Assembly: GCA_951406725.2 (NCBI GenBank)
Contig: OX597831.1
Span: 26,040,001-26,104,000, forward strand
DNA: 64,000 nt
Source: Octopus vulgaris
Lineage: Eukaryota
Direction: 5' to 3'
The position numbers and the translations under genes were made by a program. Positions within the stretch are counted from its first letter, which is position 1; each line of letters opens with the position of its first letter. This document shows, in pieces, positions 26,911 through 39,950 of this stretch. The notes under the pieces were generated by a model, which made no database searches, was not told the DNA's origin, and was given only the letters and a program-made list of their open reading frames with translations.

Positions 26911-27056
26911 ACCTCTGGATAATTAAGGACTAACTGAACTCAATAAAAACTGGAGTTAAATATTATAATTGGTTGTGGGCTGAAACTTCACAAATCATTA
27001 CTTTGGTTTTTCTAGTCCTCAGCCTTCAAATGATATTTTTCTGTATTCATATATTT

Positions 27057-27386
27057 GGCGTAGGAGTGGCTGTGTGGTAAGTAGCTTGCTTACGAACCAC
27101 ATGGATCCAGGTTCAGTCACACTGCATGGCACCTTGGGCAAGTGTCTTCTACTATAGCCTCTACTATAGCCTTGTGAGTGGATTTGGTAGATGGAAACTG
27201 AAAGAAGCCCGACGTATATATGTATATATATATGTATGTGTGTGTGTATATGTTTGTGTGTCTGTGTTTGTCCCCCACAACATCACTTGACAACTGATGC
27301 TGGTGTGCTTACATCCCCGTAACTTAGCAGTTTGGCAAAAGAGACCGACAGAATAAGTACTAGGCTTACAAAGAATAAGTCCTGGG
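27057..27386 (+). mobile_element. SINE family A, 3' truncated
   Basis: Homology ends at ataagtcctggg. Confidence 0.88.
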
Positions 27387-27497
27387 AATAGATATACATT
27401 CAAACATAAAAACACACAGATCTATCAATATGTATACACATATGCTGTCCAAATTTTAAAATGTGTATATATATTATATATATATATGTGGCATGTA

Positions 27498-27758
27498 ACC
27501 GTGCCGGTGGCACGTAAAAAGCACCATCCGATTGTGGCCGTTTGCCAGCCTCGTCTGGCACCTGTGCAGGTGGTAAGTAAAAAGCACCCACCACACTCAC
27601 GGAGTGGTTGGTGTTAGGAAGGGCATCCAGCTGTAGAAACACTGCCAGATCAGACTGGAGCCTGGCGCAGCCTACTGGCTCCCCAGACCCCAGTTGAACC
27701 GTCAAACCCATGCTAGCATGGAAAACAGACGTTAAACGATGATGATGATGATGATGAT
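27498..27758 (+). mobile_element. RTE-type family E 3' end
   Basis: Two hairpin repeats plus gacgttaaac and (GAT)n tail. Confidence 0.85.
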
Positions 27759-28553
27759 TTAGCAGAAACAATAGAGTGAGTGATTCAAGAGCTGAGATTT
27801 TCATGCATTGGTACTTATCAAACACTGGATCTCTGTGCAGTTTCTGTTATGCAAATACCATTCACAGGTTACAATTCAACCAAGAAGACATTTACCCAAT
27901 AAACTGTATGGTTGGGGAACTGGACTTATGACCATGTGGTTTTTAAAGCAGACTTCTCACTCACATAGGCATGCCAGCACCTATAAATTATTCAGGCGTA
28001 CAAGTTTTCCTGGAAGCCCATCCCTGTGTTAGCACAGCTCTTGCACCACCCAGGCATTGGCTTGGCTATAGTTAATATATTACAACTTTTAAACCATGTC
28101 TTTGTGAAGAAATTAGACATAAATGACCTTGCACTATGAAAAGATGTTGTTTTAATCTTCTACTCATTAACTTAATTGGGATAAATAATCACTTTTTCTA
28201 GTCGTCACAAATTTGTTTTTCTCTTCTAAATCAAATTTTAAACTTAAACAGAAGAAGTCTATTTTTGCATTTGGTTATTTTCGTTATTTTGAAAGACAGG
28301 GGAATAGATATATATTCAATTATAAAAACACACAGATCTATCATTATATATACATATGCTGTCCAAATTTTAAAATGTTTTGTGACGACAAGTGTTATAA
28401 GGAAACAGTGAACTGTTACTATGAATAAAATCTTTTTCCAACACACACACACACATATATGTATATATATATATACACATATGTGTGTGTGCGTGTGTGT
28501 GTGTGTTATGTATAACATATTTATACATATATATGTATATATATATGTTATAC

Positions 28554-28720
28554 AGGCGCAGGAGTGGCTGTGTGGTAAGTAGCTTGCTTACCAGCCACAT
28601 GATTCTGGATTTCAGTCCCACTGCATAGCATCTTGGGCAAGTGTCTTCTACTATAGCCTTGGGCCGACCAAAGCCTTGTGAGTGGATTTGGTAGACGGAA
28701 ACTGAAAGAAGCCCATCGTC

Positions 28721-28759
<39 letters not shown>

Positions 28760-28964
28760 TTGTGTCTGTTTGTCACCCCAACATCGCTTGACAACCGATG
28801 CTGGTGTGTTTACGTCCCCGTAACTTAGTGGTTTGGCATAAGAGACCGAAAGAATAAGTACTAGGCTTACAAAGAATAAGTCCTGGGGTCGATTTGCTCG
28901 ACTAAAGGTGGTGCTCCAGCATGGCCGCAGTCAAATGACAGAAACAAGTAAAAGAGTAAAAGAG
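28554..28964 (+). mobile_element. SINE family A, full length
   Basis: ggcgcaggagtggctg head; gtaaaaga tail. Confidence 0.93.
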
Positions 28965-28970
28965 TGTAAA

Positions 28971-29050
<80 letters not shown>

Positions 29051-29090
29051 ATATATATATGTATATATATATGTATACATATATATGTAT

Positions 29091-29174
<84 letters not shown>

Positions 29175-29622
29175 ATATATACATATATATATATGCTCTT
29201 TCTCTCTCTCCCTCTCTCAATATATAGCTGTGCAGTCAATAGATGGTGGCCAAGAACACAGGAAGCACTAAAACTTGAGTAGAAGTTGCCCTAAACCTGC
29301 AACGATTAAATAGATTTTTGTTAGTTGCTATTTTGGACCTTCAGTTCTGTGTTGTCATTTATTTGTTATATAAATGTCCGATATTGAGAGATTTATTATT
29401 ATATTTCTATGAATTATTCGCCTCATAATAAATTTTAAGTATTGATAAATGATAAATTGTTTATTTGTCTCAGTCTCTCTTCTACTGCTACAAATAAGTC
29501 ACTACTCTAAGGATTCAGTCGGCTGAATTTCATTGAAAAATCCTCAGTGTCCACCTGTCCTCCTCTCCATTGCATCAATTGTAACTTCTAGAAAATCTCC
29601 TTTTAGGTGCAAGAGTGGCTAT

Positions 29623-30030
29623 AGGCGCAGAAGTGGCTGTGTGGTAAGTAGCTTGCTTGCCAACCACATGGTTCCGGGTTCAGTCCCACTGCGTGGCACC
29701 TTGTGCAAGTGTCTTCTACTATAGCCTCAGGCCGACCAAAGCCTTGTGAGTGGATTTGGTAAACGGAAACTGAAACAAGTCCATCGTCTATGTATATATA
29801 TATGTGTGTGTGTGTGTGTATGTATATGTTTGTGTGTCTGTGTTTGTACCCCCTATATCGCTTGACAACGGATGATGGTGTGTTTACGTCTCCATCAGTT
29901 AGCAGTACGACAAGAGAGACTGATAGAATAAGTACTAGGCTTACAAAGAGTAGGTCCTGGGGTTGATTTGCTCGACTAAAGGCGGTGCTCCAGCATGGCC
30001 ACAGTCAAATGACTGAAACAAGTAAAAGAA
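29623..30030 (+). mobile_element. SINE family A, full length
   Basis: Homology to other family A copies. Confidence 0.92.
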
Positions 30031-30502
30031 TATCATTTAGTCCATTCCATGTTAAATATCAAACTCATTAGTTTATTGGATGGATACTAATTTGGTTAGA
30101 TAATTTGGTTAGATAATTTTTTAAAATTATTAACACATTGAATATCTTTATTTTCTGCTTGCAGAGTCTTTGATTAAAATATAGATCATCGTTTCAGCCA
30201 TTTACAGTTAATTAGTGTGAATATTTTCAAACAATATATAACATTTCTGTTCAGGTATTATCATCAGTGGGTTATTATCGACTGATTTCATGAGAAAGGG
30301 GAAAATTAGCAGTCCTGAAGTTCAAATAAATGGAAATTATTATTGCAGCCAAGAAAGAAAACAAAATGGCAAACCTAGATTTCTACAGAGCTAGTTGCTA
30401 CCATGTGGTTCTCAGAAATGAGCTTCACTAATTAAATTTAGTTCTCAACTGCAATATAAAAACGTTTCTAAATACACAAATTGTCTGTGTTTGAAAACTT
30501 CC

Positions 30503-31088
30503 CTTACCCCTCAGCAATTAAACTGGCCATATCTGATCACGACATTCTACCTGTTTTATGTTCAAACTGGCCAGATCTGGCCTCTTACACCAACCCTAGA
30601 ATGTCATTCTAAAAATTTACAATCACATGTTTTCAGGTTCAGTCCCACTGCGTGGCACCTTGGGCAAGTGTCTTCTACTATATCCCCAGACCGACCAAAG
30701 CCTTGTGAGTGGATTTGGTAGACGGAAACTGAAAGAAGCCCGTCATATACATGTATGAATATATATATATGTGTTGTGTGTGTGTTTGTGTGTCTGTGTT
30801 TGTCCCCCAACATCACTTGACAACCGATGCTGGTGTGTTTACATCCCCATAACTTAGCAGTTCGGCAAAAGTGACCGATAGACTCAGTACTAGGCTTACA
30901 AAGAATAAGCCCTGGGATCGATTTGCTTGACTAAAAGACATTGCTCCAGGCATGGCCACAGTCAAATGACTGAAAGAGTAAAAGAGACATCATTGAAATC
31001 GCTAAGCTACATGGTAATACATGGCTAATTCAAAACAATATAAATACATGTTACATTTGACAGAGTTATTTGACCACTAAAGGGCTAA
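30503..31088. mobile_element. piggyBac-type MITE M1 interrupted by a 5'-truncated SINE A (30625-30986, +)
   Basis: Flanking halves align with 53826-54045; ends ttacccctcagc...ctaaagggctaa. Confidence 0.75.
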
Positions 31089-31359
31089 ACCATTGCAAAA
31101 GGAATCGAGAAGGAATAAGTTGGACTTTGTCTTTCAACCTTTCGTGGTTCAGTAGCGGGGTCAATGTAATTGACTTGTCCCCACCTCTGAAATTGCTGGC
31201 CTTGCGCCAAAAGTTGAAACCAGTATTATGTTAAGGTTAATTGTATTTGCCAAAGCTACAGAACATTATCAGGGATAGTATATGAATTGGTCATTTTTAA
31301 AATCCAAATGGTTGCAACGCTATAAATAGCAGCTAGATGTAAAAACTACTAAGTTTGTA

Positions 31360-31620
31360 ATCATCATCGTTTAACGTCCACTTTCCATACTGACACGGGT
31401 CGGACGATTTGAATGAGGACTGGCGAACCAGATGGCTGTACAAGGCTCCAATCTGATCTGCCAGAGTTTCTACAGCTGGATGCGCTTCCTAACACCAACC
31501 ACTCTGAGAGTGTAGTGGGTGCTTTTATGTGCCACCTGCACAGGAGCCAGTCCAGCGGCACTGGCAACGACCTTGCTCAAATATTTTTTCTGTGTCACTG
31601 GCACAAGTGCCAGTTAGGCA
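31360..31620 (-). mobile_element. RTE-type family E 3' end
   Basis: catcatcgtttaacgtcc on the + strand is the family tail. Confidence 0.8.
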
Positions 31621-31623
31621 ATG

Positions 31624-31655
<32 letters not shown>

Positions 31656-31659
31656 GCAC

Positions 31660-31822
31660 ACACACAACAGGCTTCTTTCAGTTTCTGTCTACCAAATCCA
31701 CTCACAAGGCTTTGGTCAGCCCGAGGCTATAGTAGAAGACACTTGCCCAAGGTACCACGCAGTGGGACTGAACCCGAAACCATGTGGCTGGTAAGCAAAC
31801 TACTTACCACACAGCCACTCCT
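31660..31822 (-). mobile_element. SINE family A, 5' half
   Basis: Homology to other family A copies. Confidence 0.85.
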
Positions 31823-32049
31823 AACAATATGAATTACATAAAGCATTAGGGCTATATAATATCCCAAGTAATTACTAACCTAAAAATAATTGTTTAGATG
31901 CAGTTCATAATTATAGATCTGACGGAAAATAGATCAACAAGTTTTAAAATAAAAAATGAAAAACAACTGCCCTTCCTTTAGTTCTAAATTTGCTGCTAGA
32001 ACCACAATAATCAGTTATTCATGATTAAGAAAACTAAATATGTCTGAGA

Positions 32050-32462
32050 GGTGAGGTGGCAGAAACGTTAGCGTGCCGGGCGAAATGCTTAGTGGTATTT
32101 CGTCTGCCGCTACGTTCTGAGTTCAAATTCCGCCGAGATCCACTTTGCCTTTCATCCTTTCGGGGTCGATAAATTAAGTACCAGTTACGCACTAGGGTCA
32201 AAGTAATTGACTTAACCCCTTTGTCTGTCCTTGTTTGTCCCCTCTGTGTTTAGCCCCTTGTGGGCAGTAAACAAATAGGTATTTCATCTGCCGCTACGTT
32301 CTGAGTTCAAATTCTGCTGAGGTCCACTTTGCCTTTCATCCTTTCGGGGTCGATAAATTAAGTACCAGTTATGCACTGGGGTCGATGTAATTGACTTAAC
32401 CCCTTTGTCTGTCCTTGTTTGTCCCCTCTATGTTTAGCCCCTTGTGGGCAATAAAGAAATAA
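32050..32462 (+). mobile_element. SINE family B tandem dimer
   Basis: Body repeated from ggtatttc at about 32094 and 32278. Confidence 0.9.
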
Positions 32463-32669
32463 GAATGTTAATATACAGTCAACTTCATTGCTCTGACCAT
32501 CTATTTCAAGAGTGTGTTCCACTATAACAATTAATGGTAAACTTCCAAAAATATGTGTAAATATATTAGGAAGTTTTGTTCATCCAACAACTACCCATTA
32601 AAATTGGAGGGTCTTTAATTAAAGTATAGATCATCATTTTAACCATTTACAGTTAAATAGTATAAATAT

Positions 32670-33085
32670 TTCAGTTCTATATTTCAAAGATAAAGAATTA
32701 TGTACATTATTTACATTATTTACATTTGACGGATATTTTTCTTCATCTTGTTTGTTGTTAACACAACGTTTTGGCTGATATACCCTCCAGCCTTCATCAG
32801 GTGTCTTGGGAAAATTTCTAACCTGGGTTCTCATTCCTAAGGTATATGACATAGTGGTTAAGAGCGTGGGCTACTAACCCCAAGATTCCATTCCAGGCAG
32901 TGATCTGAATAATGAAAATAATAATAATAATAATAAAAACATCGTAAAATACCTTAGAAATGAGAACCCAGGTTTGGAATTTACCCAAGACACCTGTTGA
33001 AGGGTGGCGGGTATATCAGCCAAAACATGTTAACAACAAACAAGATGAGGATTAATATCCATCAAATGTAAATAATGTAAATAAA
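32670..33085. mobile_element. tRNA-headed hammerhead-tail SINE (+, ~32841-33085) with an inverted copy of its 3' part (32670-32845)
   Basis: Both parts align with 43134-43449; hammerhead folds at 32760-32805 (-) and 32989-33031 (+, degraded). Confidence 0.75.
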
Positions 33086-33216
33086 GTATGAATATTTTTT
33101 AAAAAATATATACCATATCTGTTCAAGTATTTTATTGGTTTAACCTAAGCTCTAATACCTTGGAACATTTGTCTGAATTATCTACATCAACAGGCTCAAC
33201 ACACTTCATCCCCATT

Positions 33217-33620
33217 ATCATCATCATCATCATCATTTAACATTTGTTGTCCATGAAAACATGGGTTGGATGGTGTGACCTGAGCTGGCTCCATTCTGAT
33301 TTGGTATGGTTTTTACAGCTGCATGCCCTTCCTAATACCATCTACTTTACAGAGTGTACTGGACAATTTTACGTAATATTGCACAGACACTTTTACACAG
33401 CACCACACAGGTGCTTTTATGGATCACTGCACAGGTACTTTTACATGGCACTGCATGGGTGCTTTTACCTGGAACCACCATGAGTGCTTCACACAACCAG
33501 AAGGGTAGATTTTTAACTCTTCTGTTGTGAGATACAGGTCTTCTTGAGTATGGCCAGGTGCCAGGTATCTTGATCTTTCGTTATCTCACCTGAAAGGTTC
33601 AGTTTCCTGAGTCTGAATCT
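33217..33620 (-). mobile_element. Old RTE-type family E relative with ~24-bp tandem subrepeats
   Basis: Tail catcatcatttaacat; ttttac...cac units at 33367-33480; minus frame KLNLSGEITKDQDTWHLAI resembles the 7481 ORF end. Confidence 0.65.
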
Positions 33621-34203
33621 GCAACCTTCTGCGATGTGTTTCTTGCTCCTTTTTCTGTTCAATTCGTAACCAGAAATAAACTTTGAACTCCAAAAAAAGC
33701 TTCTACCAAACATTATAATATCAATAAGGTGACCCTGAAAATTATTTAAGGAAATGATTGCCGCAGTTATGTTTATATAAATATATGATTTACTTATAAT
33801 TAAAGTAGAGAATGAGAAATAGGTTGGAATAGAGTTGAAAATGTGTTGACAGAACATAAGGCCAGATTAAGATCCATACAGGCCCTAAGCACTTAAAAGG
33901 TTTTGGTGCCCTCAAGTAGATGTTAATGGTTCAAAATGTAAACAAAAATAATTCAAAATGTAAACAATTATAAACCATAAAATATGTTTTTATTTTTCAA
34001 AATGAAACAAAATTAACAGTAAGAGGGAAAATAATGTCTATTTTTGCATTCTTCCATTTTATTTATATTTGAAAAGTTTTCTCCATTTCTTTTTATTAAT
34101 TGCGAAGTGTTTGAGGATATTGTTAAAATTAATTTTATGTAAAACTTCTGCTTCTATACTTAGTAGAGATAAGGCATTACAAATATTATATTAGCAAGTT
34201 TAA

Positions 34204-34424
34204 CCCTTTCGTTACTGTATTTATTTCGAGATGTTTTGTGTTTCTTTCAATTAATTTTAAATATAACAAAGGATTTAGTAAAATAATTTAGTTATCATGA
34301 AGCTAGTGTTAGGAACATAAATTGTGACTAAGGTTTGGTGGAAGATTTTAATTCAAAACTTATGAAAGCAAGACATTTGTACTCAGAGCCAGAGCTGGTT
34401 TCAGCTGGGTTGGTATCAAAAGGG
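34204..34424. mobile_element. piggyBac-type MITE M2, copy 1
   Basis: TTAA|cccttt...aaaggg|TTAA. Confidence 0.85.
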
Positions 34425-34444
34425 TTAAATTAATCATTTGTTAA

Positions 34445-34662
34445 CCCTTTTGTTATATTTCTATTGAGATGCTTTGCGTTTCTTTCAATTACTTTAAATA
34501 TACCAAAGAATTTAGTAAAATAACTTAGTTATCATTAAGCTAGTGTTAGGAACTTAAATTGTGACTAAGGTTTGGTGGAAGATTTTAATTCAAAACTTAT
34601 GAAAGCAAGACATTTGTACTCAGATCCAGAGCTGGTTTCAGCTGGGTTGGTTAAGGAAAGGG
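34445..34662. mobile_element. piggyBac-type MITE M2, copy 2
   Basis: TTAA|cccttt...aaaggg|TTAA; highly similar to copy 1. Confidence 0.85.
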
Positions 34663-35822
34663 TTAAAGAGATTTCTTTTGTGCCGCAGGCCATTTTCATT
34701 TCTGTGGTTCCCCTGTCCCTTGATGCCCTAAGCACATGCTTATTTTGTTTTATGTGTTAATCCAGTGCTGATAAAACATCTGGTGGATGCTGTAACTAAA
34801 CCAGGAAACCATACTAACTTCACCCAGTTGTCCACATACACCAAACTATTAACACTGGTACATAATGAGACTGGGTCGATGAATTTAGTTGTGTCATATT
34901 CCTCCAATGAAATATTTCCCTAACCTCATAACACTACCTTTTGAAACTGCAATTACATCTGCTCCAGTTATTTTGTTTGCTTTATTCATTTATTCCGTGT
35001 TTAATTTGCCAAAGTATTTTCAAATAACTGCAAGTAAAATGTGTCATCTATTGAATCGCAAAAATTCTCTTTGTTGCATGTCGTTAAACCAATGGAATCG
35101 AAAGTAAAAGAAAAAAAGAAAAAATAGTACACAGCCAGTCTTCACTGACAAGCAAGTATGGCTTGGTAGCATGTAACATGCTTTCACTAATTATTTTAGG
35201 TGCCTGTGTAGCCACATGCACACATTCTTGACTCCCTTGCTTTTGGTTGCAGCAGAGCATCAAAGATAGAGCATCTGGAGGGAAAGGATGCTGTCCCAGC
35301 ACCCAGCTGGTACTAATAACAACTGAAATGAAATACATCTAATATGAAATAATATCCCTAACTCAGGGACATAATACCCCACCCCATCCAAGAATTGAAC
35401 TCTTTATTATAATGAGCCAAACTCCTAATCATTTAGCCATGAACTTGCATGAATAAATAGAATGAATAAATAGGATATTTATTTCAGTTCAATTTAAATA
35501 GCTATTGTCAATGATTACAATGAAAATGGTAGGAATTTTTACATTCTGAGCAATGATGCATATAAGATAACAAAGCTTGATGAGGTTTCATTGTTGATAG
35601 CAATGAGAACAAGTGTTTTGAACTCTAATATGTGTCAACAACCTCAACAAAGTATAAATTGAAAGGATTCACATATTTCATAATAGATACATTTGTGAAT
35701 GAAGATGAACAGTCCTGAACTGAAAACCTCTGCATGTGATGATGATTCACAGAGGTTTTAGATAAAGAATGAAAAAGTAACATTTATAATTCAATTCCAC
35801 AGTTAGTTCAGAAAGGCTAGAT

Positions 35823-35996
35823 AGGCGCAGGGGTGGCTGTGTGGTAAGTAGCTTGCTAACCAACCACATGGTTCCGGGTTCAGTCCCACTGTGTGGCATC
35901 TTGGGCAAGTGTCTTCTGCTATAGCGCCTCAGGCCGACCAATGCCTTGTGAGTGGATTTGGTAGACGGAAACTGAAAGAAGCCTGTCGTATATATG

Positions 35997-36033
<37 letters not shown>

Positions 36034-36135
36034 ATGTCTGTGTTTGTCCCCCTAGCATTGCTTGACAACCGATGCTGGTGTGTTTAAGTCCCCGTCACTT
36101 AGCGGTTCGGCAAAAGAGACCGAAAGAATAAGTAC
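35823..36135 (+). mobile_element. SINE family A, 3' truncated, flanked by a 40-bp direct repeat
   Basis: Identical repeats at 35783-35822 and 36136-36175. Confidence 0.9.
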
Positions 36136-36233
36136 TTTATAATTCAATTCCACAGTTAGTTCAGAAAGGCTAGATTAGTAACATTATGAAGATACAATTG
36201 TGCATCAATGCATAATCTGAATCTTGTTTCAAA

Positions 36234-36617
36234 TCTATATATATATAAAGCTGAAGTTGTCTGTGTGTGGCAGGTTTGGTAGCCTTCAACTAATTCTATC
36301 TTCTCCAAAACCCTGCAACGTAACTTCACCAAAATTGAGAGTATGATAGAAGAAGGCTTGCTCTACATTCCGTAGAAGATAAAATTCAAATTGGACCATG
36401 TTAACACCAAAAATTATTTACATCAAATTGGTGATTTTTTTCTATGAAAATCCCTTTATTTTTTACGATTTTTTTACTGCTGTGTATTTCAACCGGAAAA
36501 ATGTTCACATAAAGAGAATAACAAGCTGCATAATGCAAAATTTTTACTTTTCAAAAATTCCAATTCTAAACGGTCGAAATGAAAACAAACCTGAGCAACG
36601 CTGGGCATTACTGCTAG
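36234..36617 (+). mobile_element. Non-autonomous Helitron
   Basis: A|TCtatatatatataaa 5' end; subterminal hairpin cctgagcaacgctggg; CTAG|T 3' end; no TSD. Confidence 0.75.
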
Positions 36618-37398
36618 TAATTGTTATTTTCATATTTTTTCAATAAATATTTGATATACAGGGAAAAAACATTCTCTAGCTCCAAATTAAATATGGTTGT
36701 AACGGTTTTGACATGTACAAAGACAAGTAACAATATTTTGGAAATATTCCATCTTTTTTACCATTTATCTTTTACTTATTTTAGTCATTAGACTGCAGCC
36801 ATGCTGGGGCACCGCCTTGAAGGATTTTGGTCAAATGAATCCACCCCAGTACTTAGTCTTTTTTAAAACCTGGTATTTAGTCAATTGTATATTGTGCCCA
36901 ACAACTAAATTACAGGGACATAAACACACCAACACTGGTTGTCAAGGGGGGTGGCAAACACAGACACAAAGGCACACACTCCTAGATATATATACATACA
37001 TGTGTGTGTGTGAGTGAATATATATCATCATCATCGTTTAACATCCGTTTTCCATGTTGACATGGGTTGGACGGTTTGACTGAGGTCTAGAAAGCCAGTA
37101 GGCTGCATGCATACACGCTAATATTCTGCATAAAGTCACAAATGATTGTAAATTTCTTCATCTGAAGTGGGTTGCATGAACTCTAATCAATGGGCTTTGA
37201 AGATCTATAGTTGTGTGTGTATGTGTGTGTGTGCATGCGTGCGTGCATGCATGTATGTACATGTGCACACACATACACACAAACATTATTTCTTTTTAAT
37301 AAGCATAGGGTTCCTTTCATTTTAAAATGTAAATATTGTGTGTACAAATATAAATATTGTATACACTCATGATTTTATATTTAATATTCCATAATCAT

Positions 37399-37733
37399 AG
37401 GGGGTGGCAAGCTGGCAGCATCGTTAGCATGCTATGCAAAATACACAGAGGTATTTTGTCTACTGTTATGTTCTGAGTTCAAATTCCACCGAGGTTGATT
37501 TTTGCCTTTCATCCTTTCAGGACCAATTCAATAAAATCGTGAGTGTACACAATATTAATGATTATACACACAATATTTATATTTTAAAATGAAAAGAACC
37601 CTATGCTTATTAGAGAGAAATAATGTTTGAGTGTATGTGTGTGCACACTGGGGTTGATGTAATCGACTTAATCCCTTCGTCTGTCTTCGTTTGTCCCCTC
37701 TATGTTTAGCTCCGTGTGGGCATTAAAGAAATG
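37399..37733 (+). mobile_element. SINE family B with 16-bp TSD, containing an inverted copy of flanking DNA
   Basis: TSD aatattccataatcat at 37383-37398 and 37734-37749. Confidence 0.85.
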
Positions 37734-38115
37734 AATATTCCATAATCATCACTGATTTTCTGAATTGATATTGGCACATAAATTTTGGTTAATTAGACAC
37801 AAATGAATTAAATAATGAATGAGCTTTATGAAAGGGTACAATACAACATAGTGTTACACGACCTGAATCTCAAACATCCCGACTAGTTGTCCATTGCTGA
37901 GACTTGTCTCTTAACATCAATATTGTATCATGCGAAAATTAATCAGCAATTTACTGTTACCTGACTTTGAAACCTGTATCAGTGTTAGAATATTTCTAAT
38001 GCAGACAATCGAATGAAAAATAAACATCAAATATTCATTCCTTCTAACTAGGCAGAGGGCCAAACTTTTCACTGGGATTTACCAGGAAAAGAGAGGGGAA
38101 GAGATAGAATGTGAG

Positions 38116-38153
<38 letters not shown>

Positions 38154-38219
38154 ATGTGCGTGTGTGTGTTGATGTGACTCTCTCTCTCTTTCGGAGAGGC
38201 ACAAGCACCTACACGCACA

Positions 38220-38384
38220 TATACACACACGGCAGTAACTTCCGCCTGCCGAATTCAATCACAAAGCTTCGGTCGGCTTGGGGCTATAGCAGAAGACACC
38301 TACCCAAAGTGCCACGCAGTGGGACTGAACCCAAAACCATGTAGCTAGGAAGCAAGCTCCCTAACCACACAGCCATGCCCGCGC
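38220..38384 (-). mobile_element. SINE A-related 5' half
   Basis: gtgccacgcagtgggactgaaccc...ccacacagccatgcccgcgc. Confidence 0.75.
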
Positions 38385-38544
38385 TATATTATTGATATGT
38401 ATTTACTCTGCATTCCCCAACGCAAAAATTGTAGAAAAAAATGGTAAAGTTTTTTTGCTAATTTACTGCCGTTATTAAAAAATAAATTTCGTATTTTAAA
38501 AATCTCTCTAAAGTACATGGGAGAGAGCACATGCAAAGTATGCA

Positions 38545-38728
38545 TGAGTGGGTGTTGAAAAGTTCCTGGCTTTGAGTAAAAGAAAATACAGGAGGATCAG
38601 ATAATTATGGCTTTATTCAGATCCATACACTTATTGCTGGAGTCCTTCAGTAAAAGAACTCGTAAGGTTGAGCCTCCAACAAGGCCTTTCTTGATATTCT
38701 TAGAGCCAGGAACTTTTCAGCAACATTT
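38545..38728. mobile_element. Mariner-like MITE
   Basis: Inverted repeats tgttgaaaagttcctggct (38553-38571) / agccaggaacttttcagca (38704-38722). Confidence 0.65.
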
Positions 38729-39691
38729 ACATATTTACTTCATTTTTCTGTAAGTACTCAAATAATTCTCATTAAATTTCAGCCGACATACACAAGAAAT
38801 AGTATTTCTTCTTTTTTATTTTGCCGACTCCTGCTTTTGTTTTCCTTTTTTTTCTTTTCTGCGTTATTATAATATTTTTTGTGAAAGCGTAATAAATATT
38901 AGAATATCGTGGGCTCTGAATTTTACTCTTTGCTTAACGATAGACAAGATATTGAACAAAGGGCAATAACTGTTATCAAATATTGCCCAGAGTTATTTCC
39001 CTGTATTCAGTTCTTTCATAAGGTGGTTCTGTTAGCGCTTTTTTATTAGGCTTGCCACGAGTTGAACATGGATTTGAAAAATTTTGAATGCTTTTATTTC
39101 AAATCTACCTCTTCAGATTTTATTATTAGTCTAATCAATGTTACAGCAGGCCAAGATAATATGATGTAAGACTCTTTTAGGGTTTGATGCTGGATATTTG
39201 TGTTTTATGAATAATTATCAAAGAATCTTGCAAACCAAATCCAAAAACGAAAAGTAATTATCAAGTATTTCATAAACTTCCAGGGTTAGATTCAATAATT
39301 TCAAAGTTAATGGGGAAGGCAGTTCCCATGATTTCTCCCCAAAGGTACTGAATTTAGCAGGAACTTCCCTAGAGCAACCTTAATGATAAAAAGCTGTTCA
39401 GTGCAATTGCATCTTGTTCTTAATATGTCTGTAAACCATCATATACATACCTAAAGTGGTGAGCTGGCAAAATTATTATTGCATCAGATAAAATGCTTAG
39501 TCACATTTTTCCTGGACATCCAGAGTTCAAATGCTGCTGAGGTCGATTTCACTTTTCATCCTTTCGGGGTCGATATAATAAGTACCAGCTAAGCATGGAC
39601 TTGTGCCTTGGAGAGGAACTTTCTAGGTGCAACCCCATAGTCATTCATCATCGAAGAGAGTCTTTCCTCCTTTACTTTATATTTTGTATCT

Positions 39692-39924
39692 TATTTTTTT
39701 ATTGCCCACAAGTGATTACACACAGAGGGGACAAACAAGGACAGACAAACGGATTAAGCCGATTACATCGATCCCAGTGCGTAACTGGTACTTAATTTAA
39801 CGACCCTGAAAGGATGAAAGGCAAAGTCAAACTCGGCGGAATTTGAACTCAGAACGTAACGGCAGACGAAATACCGCTAAGCATTTCGCCCAGTGTGCTA
39901 ACGTTTCTGCCAGCTCACTGCCTT
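39692..39924 (-). mobile_element. SINE family B with TSD ttttgtatct
   Basis: Homology to family B; direct repeat at 39682 and 39925. Confidence 0.88.
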
Positions 39925-39950
39925 TTTTGTATCTGTGTGTGTGTGTGTGA

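Larger units (their letters stand above)
33857..34770 (-). mobile_element. Internally deleted hAT transposon
   Basis: Ends taaggccagattaa / ttaatccagtgctg; degenerate 8-bp TSD acagaaca/ataaaaca; minus strand 34095-34188 reads NALSLLSIEAEVLHKINFNNILKHFA (hAT C-terminal dimerisation-like). Confidence 0.65.

Noticed and set aside
39068-39169. Short ATG frame ending near at|gtaag
   Set aside because: Different phase from the twin exons, no similarity to them and no other support
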